From a bacterium (GTDB lineage Bacteria; RBG-13-61-14; DATKZS01), in NCBI GenBank assembly GCA_046484135.1, contig JAWOBU010000089.1:1-11945 (forward strand): 11,945 bases of DNA, given 5' to 3'. Made by a program: the position numbers and the translations under genes. The stretch's first letter is position 1. Each line of letters begins with the position of its first letter. Shown here piece by piece: positions 7,248-11,945 of this stretch. Below the pieces are notes generated by a model. The model made no database searches and was not told the origin of the DNA. It was given only the letters and a program-made list of their open reading frames with translations.

Positions 7248-8312
7248 ATGTTGGGATTCGGTTTCAAGCGTTCGAAAAAGGCGGGCCTTCCTCCCGGCAG
7301 TCTGGTCCATATCGGGGAGCGCAAACAGGACAAGGCCAGGGTCTCTTTTATTCGTTACAGCCGGGAGGTCTTTGAGGAGCACCGCGATATCTCTATGGAT
7401 GAGGTCGGTTCTTTGCGCGAACCGGGCACGGTGACGTGGCTTAATGTTGACGGCCTGCACGAGGTTGACATCCTCCGCCGGATAGGCGACGCCTTCGATG
7501 TCCATAACCTGGTATTGGAGGACATCCTGGACACAAGCCAGCGTCCCAAGCTGGAGGTTTACGAGGACCATCTTTACATCGTGCTCCGGATGCTGGACTA
7601 TGACGAGTCCACCGGCGAGGTCACCAACGAGCAGTTGAGCTTTCTTTTGGGCGAGGACTACTTGATCAGCTTCCAGGAGAGTGAAGGGGACGTGTTCGAC
7701 GCGGTCCGGGAGCGGCTTCGGGCGAAGCGGGGCCGGATCAGGGGCAGTGGCCCGGATTACCTGGCATACGCTCTTATAGACTCGGTGGTGGACCAGTACT
7801 TCCATATCCTGGAGGAGCTCGGCTCCCGGATCGAGCTTCTGGAAGACGAGCTCATGAACGATCCCGGCAGCGAGACCCTGCACCAGCTCCATAACTTCAA
7901 GCGGGAGCTCATCAAGGTGAGAAGCTCGGTCTGGCCTCTCCGCAAGCTGATCAGTCTCCTGGAGAAAAAGGAGAGCCCGTTTATAGAAGAGGAGACCGCC
8001 TTGTTTTTCCGGGACATAAGCGACCACGTGGTCCAGATCATGGACACGGTCGAGCCTTTGCGGGAGATGCTGACAGGGATGCTGGACATCTACTTGAGCA
8101 CCATGAGCAATCGGATGAACGATGTCATGAAGACCCTTACCATTATCGCCACTATCTTCATCCCCCTCACCTTTGTGGCAGGTATCTACGGGATGAACTT
8201 CGAGTACATGCCGGAGTTGAGTTGGGACGGCGGCTACTTCCTGGTGCTGGGTCTCATGTTTGTTCTGGCGGCCATTATGCTGGTGTTCTTCAAGCGCAAA
8301 AGGTGGCTTTGA
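7248..8312 (+). CDS. corA: Magnesium/cobalt transporter CorA
   Basis: KKAGLPPGSL N-terminus, QRPKLE, MKTLTII, signature YGMNF.YMPEL and two C-terminal TM helices ending KRKRWL. AGGAGG at 7237-7242 favours ATG 7248 over GTG 7245. Confidence 0.96.
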   Translation: MLGFGFKRSKKAGLPPGSLVHIGERKQDKARVSFIRYSREVFEEHRDISMDEVGSLREPGTVTWLNVDGLHEVDILRRIGDAFDVHNLVLEDILDTSQRPKLEVYEDHLYIVLRMLDYDESTGEVTNEQLSFLLGEDYLISFQESEGDVFDAVRERLRAKRGRIRGSGPDYLAYALIDSVVDQYFHILEELGSRIELLEDELMNDPGSETLHQLHNFKRELIKVRSSVWPLRKLISLLEKKESPFIEEETALFFRDISDHVVQIMDTVEPLREMLTGMLDIYLSTMSNRMNDVMKTLTIIATIFIPLTFVAGIYGMNFEYMPELSWDGGYFLVLGLMFVLAAIMLVFFKRKRWL

Positions 8313-8734
8313 AAAGACGCAGTCCGGCAGGTGATACAGGGGCCGGCCGTTTCAAATATAGTCTATCTCAAGATAGATATCAATTACCTTAACAGAGGCC
8401 AAGTGAGTTAATATGCGCTTTATCCTCAATATGCACTTCAAGGGGTACTATTTATATCATTCCTTTTAAAGTGCATTTTTTTATTCCATCTTCAGAAAGG
8501 GAAGAAAGATGAGAAGTACTATCGCTATCGTAGCCATCTTCAGCTTCCGCTTACTCTTCAGTACATTTTTACGGCCGAAAGTCTGGGCGGGCAGGACAGG
8601 TCTCCGCTACAAGATATACTTCCAGAATCGTAAACTGCCGAGAAGCCCAATGTCCACCAAAGCAGAAAGAGACCATTTACAGATGGACGGATTTAACAAA
8701 TTGCATTGTATGATCAATAGGAGAGGTGATTGAG

Positions 8735-10108
8735 ATGGAGAGAAGGAAGAAGACGTGGCTTTGGGTGATTGTGGTTGTGGTGGTTCTTCTGGCGGGGGCC
8801 GCGGGGGTATGGCTTGTGGCTTCCGGGCCGGAGATGTCAGAGAAGATTGCTGAACCGAAAGAAAAGCCCAAGGAAGCCTCCGAGGTGACCCACACCGAGC
8901 GGGAAAAGCTGCCGAAGCCCGGCGAGGACGGGGAAAAGAAGCAGGAAGATAAGGGCGAGGATGCTGCAAAAGAAGAAGAGGCGGCCAATGTGGACGTGGA
9001 GCAGGTGAAGACTGTTCAATTGCCCGAGGGCACGAAGGACGTGATGCTTGATCCGGAGACCCTCGAGCCCAAAGTCCTGATCGGAGACACCTACATAAGG
9101 TTCGTGGACGAGGAGCTAACCGTGAAGAATAGCGTGGTGATGGAAGATAATAACAGGTTTTATCTGAGAAGGTCCGATCAGGGAAAATATCTTGGAATAT
9201 ACATAGGCAAATTCGAACCTAATAAAAGAAAGTTTCTTTTTATGGACATAGAGGGCAACCTAATATGGGAGAGGAAAGGTTTTATATGCAGCGTAAGTGA
9301 TGGTCTTGCTCCTTGTTATGTTTCTGATGACGGAATGACTGCCGCCTATACCAGTACTCTTGTGGATGGAGGCATTGTTTCATTTTATAGAAAGAATTGG
9401 TCTAAAGTGCTTTATCCACTTGGTCATGATATGTATGCAGAAGGAAATTTCTCTGGTAATGGCAATTACTTTGCTGTGGTTATTTTCTCAGAACCTTACG
9501 CTATTTTGTATAATTCAGATGGGAAAGAGATATGGAGAAGGAATATCGCAGGGGATGAGCTATCTGGTTACGTTTTAATATCAAATCATGCCAAGTATGT
9601 TGTTGTTGCCTCCTCATCAAATGCATATTGCTTAGACTCCAGGGGAGAAATAATCTGGAAACTTGACAATCATTATTCTAATAACAATTTAGAAGATGGC
9701 AATGCTGACTACATATCAGAGGATTTAAATCGCCTTCTTTTAAGAAAGATAGGATTAAAGGACATTAGCATGATAGATGTAACTGATGGCTCTATACTGT
9801 GGCAGAAGCATACGAATGACTTGGTTATAAATTATGAAGCTCTTTCGGAAGAGGATTCTAACCGTATCAGAATAAAAAACGCACATATGTCCCAGGATTG
9901 GAATAGGATCGCAATAGCTACTTGGCAGGGAGAAGGAATAAGCCCCACCTTGGACTCTTTTCCTCGATACGTGAACCTTTTTGATCAGGATGGAAATTTC
10001 CTTTGGCGAGAAGCATTCAGTTCAAATTTAATACCCTTCGTAAGCAAAGACGGATCTTTACTAGCTGCTCAAACTAAAGAAAGCGTTTATTACTACCAGA
10101 TAAGATAG
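8735..10108 (+). CDS. Membrane-anchored extracytoplasmic beta-propeller (PQQ/WD40-like repeat) protein
   Basis: N-terminal RRKK plus a hydrophobic anchor, an E/K/P-rich linker, and repeated DxxGxxxW blades (DIEGNLIW, NSDGKEIW, DSRGEIIW, DVTDGSILW, DQDGNFLW). SD GAGGTGA at 8723-8729 favours ATG 8735. Confidence 0.8.
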   Translation: MERRKKTWLWVIVVVVVLLAGAAGVWLVASGPEMSEKIAEPKEKPKEASEVTHTEREKLPKPGEDGEKKQEDKGEDAAKEEEAANVDVEQVKTVQLPEGTKDVMLDPETLEPKVLIGDTYIRFVDEELTVKNSVVMEDNNRFYLRRSDQGKYLGIYIGKFEPNKRKFLFMDIEGNLIWERKGFICSVSDGLAPCYVSDDGMTAAYTSTLVDGGIVSFYRKNWSKVLYPLGHDMYAEGNFSGNGNYFAVVIFSEPYAILYNSDGKEIWRRNIAGDELSGYVLISNHAKYVVVASSSNAYCLDSRGEIIWKLDNHYSNNNLEDGNADYISEDLNRLLLRKIGLKDISMIDVTDGSILWQKHTNDLVINYEALSEEDSNRIRIKNAHMSQDWNRIAIATWQGEGISPTLDSFPRYVNLFDQDGNFLWREAFSSNLIPFVSKDGSLLAAQTKESVYYYQIR

Positions 10109-10117
10109 GAGGAAAAG

Positions 10118-10225
10118 ATGGGAAAGTTTTTTCAAAAGGCGTTTGCGATAATCGTTGCTCTGATTGCTTTTAACATAGCAGCGTTTGGCATCCTAGCTCA
10201 GGACAATCCGGAGCCAGAATCATAA
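10118..10225 (+). pseudogene. 35-codon ORF consisting of a signal-peptide-like segment; probable truncated secreted-protein gene
   Basis: AGGAGG at 10107-10112 overlaps the upstream stop. Translation: MGKFFQKAFAIIVALIAFNIAAFGILAQDNPEPES*. The last ~10 codons come from the left arm of an inverted-repeat element. Confidence 0.55.
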
Positions 10226-10280
10226 GGCAACAGGATAATAATTTCATAACCTGTTTGGTTCCGGCTATGCCGGGGTAGGA
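10191..10280. mobile_element. ~90 bp MITE/REP-like element with imperfect terminal inverted repeats
   Basis: Left arm TCCTAGCTCAGGACAATCCGGAGCCAGAA (10191-10219) versus the reverse complement of the right arm (10254-10280), TCCTACCCCGGCATAGCCGGAACCAAA. GC-rich arms surround an AT-rich core. No clear target-site duplication. Confidence 0.55.
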
Positions 10281-10290
10281 GGAGAGTAAG

Positions 10291-10704
10291 ATGCAAAAAA
10301 ACAAAAGACTATCTGAGTGGATGCCTTGGAGTAGAAAAGATAATTTTAATGGAAAGAACAATCCAGGTGTATATGTGCTTGCAAAATTTAGTGGTAAACT
10401 ACCATCTGGACCTGCCGACCCTTCAATTTCAAATGTAATCTATATCGGTGAAACATGTAACCAGTCTTTGGCAAGGAGGTGGTATCAATTCGGTAGATCT
10501 GCATTCGAGTCAAGAGGAGGCCATTCGGGTGGCTGGACTTACTTAGAACTTTTTGGGGATTCGGGGCATGATCTATATGTCGCGGCATTGGCAATTACTA
10601 AGGAGGAGCCATATCTATCTGCAGACATAAGACTGATTGAACGAGAATTCCTTTCAAAATATGTTTACGCTAATAACGAATACCCCAATTGCAATAGAAA
10701 ATAA
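10291..10704 (+). CDS. Stand-alone GIY-YIG nuclease superfamily protein
   Basis: PGVY...VIYIGET, LARR helix (catalytic Arg), IEREFL (metal-binding Glu) and YPNCN (terminal Asn). RBS AGGAGG at 10277-10282. Confidence 0.8.
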   Translation: MQKNKRLSEWMPWSRKDNFNGKNNPGVYVLAKFSGKLPSGPADPSISNVIYIGETCNQSLARRWYQFGRSAFESRGGHSGGWTYLELFGDSGHDLYVAALAITKEEPYLSADIRLIEREFLSKYVYANNEYPNCNRK

Positions 10705-10940
10705 AAGGTTCAGCGAAAATCTACCAGATTAAAAAAAAAAGAAAACAAAGACAACTTAGTCTACGCGATCAAAACTTTTCAAAAGAGAAAAAAGAAGCGG
10801 CTAATGAGTTAGCAAACAGAAAGGCTAAAGAGGTTTCTGGTAAGGCAGCAGATCAGCTTACATCGTCAGAAGCAAAGAAAGTAATCGAAGGATGGTGCGG
10901 GGTCAGATTTTTACAATTAAGTTTATGTCGAACGTGGTGA
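10698..10940 (+). pseudogene. Startless 80-codon open frame, probable gene fragment
   Basis: Stop-free from 10698 to TGA 10938-10940 with no in-frame ATG/GTG/TTG. Contains the protein-like helical run KEAANELANRKAKEVSGKAADQLTSSEAKKVIEGW and runs into the element at 10899. Confidence 0.35.
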
Positions 10941-11033
10941 GGCGCGCCTTCTCGCCGGGTCGTACATTGCGCCGGGAAGATCAGGGGTTATTCATGGCTT
11001 CAGAACCCACTAAACTTAATCGTAGATGACCCC
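10899..11033. mobile_element. 135 bp element with GGGGTC...GACCCC inverted ends (non-autonomous/MITE-like)
   Basis: Left end GGGGTCAGATTTTTACAATTAAGTTTA versus the reverse complement of 11011-11033, GGGGTCATCTACGATTAAGTTTA. The left end also recurs inverted at 6433-6460. Confidence 0.7.
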
Positions 11034-11053
11034 GCCATCCGGCCGGCCGGTGT

Positions 11054-11470
11054 TTATTTTACGAACTCGAGGGCGTTGAAGAAGTAGTTGATCTCGAACT
11101 CCGCGGTTTCCGGGCTGTCGCTTCCGTGGACGGCGTTGTTCTGGATGTCGGTCCCGAAGCGGTGCCGGAGGGTCCCTTCTTCCGCTTTTCTCGAGTCGGT
11201 GGGCCCCATGAGGTTACGGTTTCTCTCGATCACGTTCTCCCCTTCCAGCACCAGGAGCACGACCGGCCCGGAGCTCATGAACCCGCACAGCTCATCGTAA
11301 AAAGGCCGGTCCTTGTGCACGATGTAAAAGCCGGCCGCTTGTTCATGAGAGAGCTCTACCAGCTTCATGGCCTTTATGCCGAAGCCTTGCTGAAGATAGG
11401 CTGATATTATTTCTCCCGTAGCCCCTGCCCGGAAGGCGTCGGGCTTTATGATCGCCAGGGTCCTTTCCAT
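11054..11470 (-). CDS. ndk: Nucleoside diphosphate kinase
   Basis: MERTLAIIKPDA, HKDRPFY, FMSSGP and NAVHGSDS (phospho-His motif). SD AGGAGG upstream on the - strand. Confidence 0.98.
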   Translation of the reverse strand: MERTLAIIKPDAFRAGATGEIISAYLQQGFGIKAMKLVELSHEQAAGFYIVHKDRPFYDELCGFMSSGPVVLLVLEGENVIERNRNLMGPTDSRKAEEGTLRHRFGTDIQNNAVHGSDSPETAEFEINYFFNALEFVK

Positions 11471-11524
11471 GTCGTCCTCCTTCTGTCGGAAGAGCGGGAC
11501 ATAGCTCTCCCTTCTTCCGATTAT

Positions 11525-11553
11525 AAAAAAGCCAGGGCGCGAGGCCCCGGCTT
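11525..11553 (-). terminator. Rho-independent terminator downstream of trxA
   Basis: The - strand reads AAGCCGGGGC-CTCGC-GCCCTGGCTT-TTTT: a 10 bp stem with one G-U pair, followed by a U tract. Confidence 0.8.
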
Positions 11554-11571
11554 GGGTTTGTAGAGATACTC

Positions 11572-11898
11572 CTACAGGTTCTTGTCAATAAACGCCTTGA
11601 CACCGTCCTTGGGCTGGGCCCCTACCATGGTGTCGGCCACCTGCCCGTTCTTGAATATCATCAGGGTGGGGATGCTCCGGATGCCGTACTGGGCGGCGAC
11701 CTCCCGGGCGTTGTCCACGTTCAGCTTGCCCACCTTGATCTTGCCCTGGTACTCGCCCGCCAGCTCGTCAACCACCGGGCCCACCATCCGGCACGGCCCG
11801 CACCACTCGGCCCAGAAGTCTATCAGGACCGGGACCTCGGACTTCAGGCACTCGTTTTCAAAGTTGTCGTTTGTCATCTCCACGATATTTTCCGCCAT
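11572..11898 (-). CDS. trxA: Thioredoxin
   Basis: [10 protein letters not shown] active site and YGIRSIPTL cis-Pro loop. SD AAGGAG (11906-11911) favours ATG 11898 over 11901. Confidence 0.98.
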   Translation of the reverse strand: MAENIVEMTNDNFENECLKSEVPVLIDFWAEWCGPCRMVGPVVDELAGEYQGKIKVGKLNVDNAREVAAQYGIRSIPTLMIFKNGQVADTMVGAQPKDGVKAFIDKNL

Positions 11899-11945
11899 CA
11901 TCTTACTCCTTTCCTTTGGCTCTTTCCGTTTTTGTGCTTTGTTCC

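Noticed and set aside
8509..8733. 74 aa ORF upstream of the propeller gene
   Set aside because: It is built largely from low-complexity or repeat-like sequence, has a weak SD, and shows no recognisable domain.
10245..10280. Integron attC site (CATAAC...GGTAGGA)
   Set aside because: The right end is GGTAGGA rather than GTTRRRY, the span is too short, there are no L boxes and no intI. It is better explained as one arm of the 10191-10280 element.
6433..10926. Single transposon carrying corA, bounded by 28 bp TIRs
   Set aside because: The GGGG termini point toward the enclosed DNA rather than outward, there is no transposase or target duplication, and the 10899 end pairs locally with 11011-11033.
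10899..10936. Tn3-family 38 bp inverted repeat
   Set aside because: It shares the GGGGTC start, but TAAG falls at positions 20-23 rather than 35-38, and no 5 bp duplication flanks the element.

Overview
A bacterial chromosomal segment with a GC-rich backbone. The gene and repeat style suggests a deltaproteobacterial/Desulfobacterota-like host (inference only). The + strand carries a 5'-truncated M14 zinc carboxypeptidase, an ABC-2 type ATPase and permease coupled to a secreted protein with eight FG-GAP/VCBS-like repeats, an SCP2/BbsB-type thiolase, a repeat-rich 0.9 kb intergenic region, a hotdog-fold thioesterase and corA. A parS-like palindrome overlaps the corA RBS. An AT-richer accessory patch (~8.35-11.03 kb) follows. 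It holds a compositionally chimeric membrane-anchored beta-propeller gene, a signal-peptide-only mini-ORF overlapped by a ~90 bp inverted-repeat element, a stand-alone GIY-YIG nuclease-like gene, a startless ORF fragment and a 135 bp GGGGTC...GACCCC element whose end recurs 4.4 kb upstream. The window ends with ndk and trxA on the - strand. The most unusual content is non-coding: several distinct REP/MITE-like families at the gene junctions.
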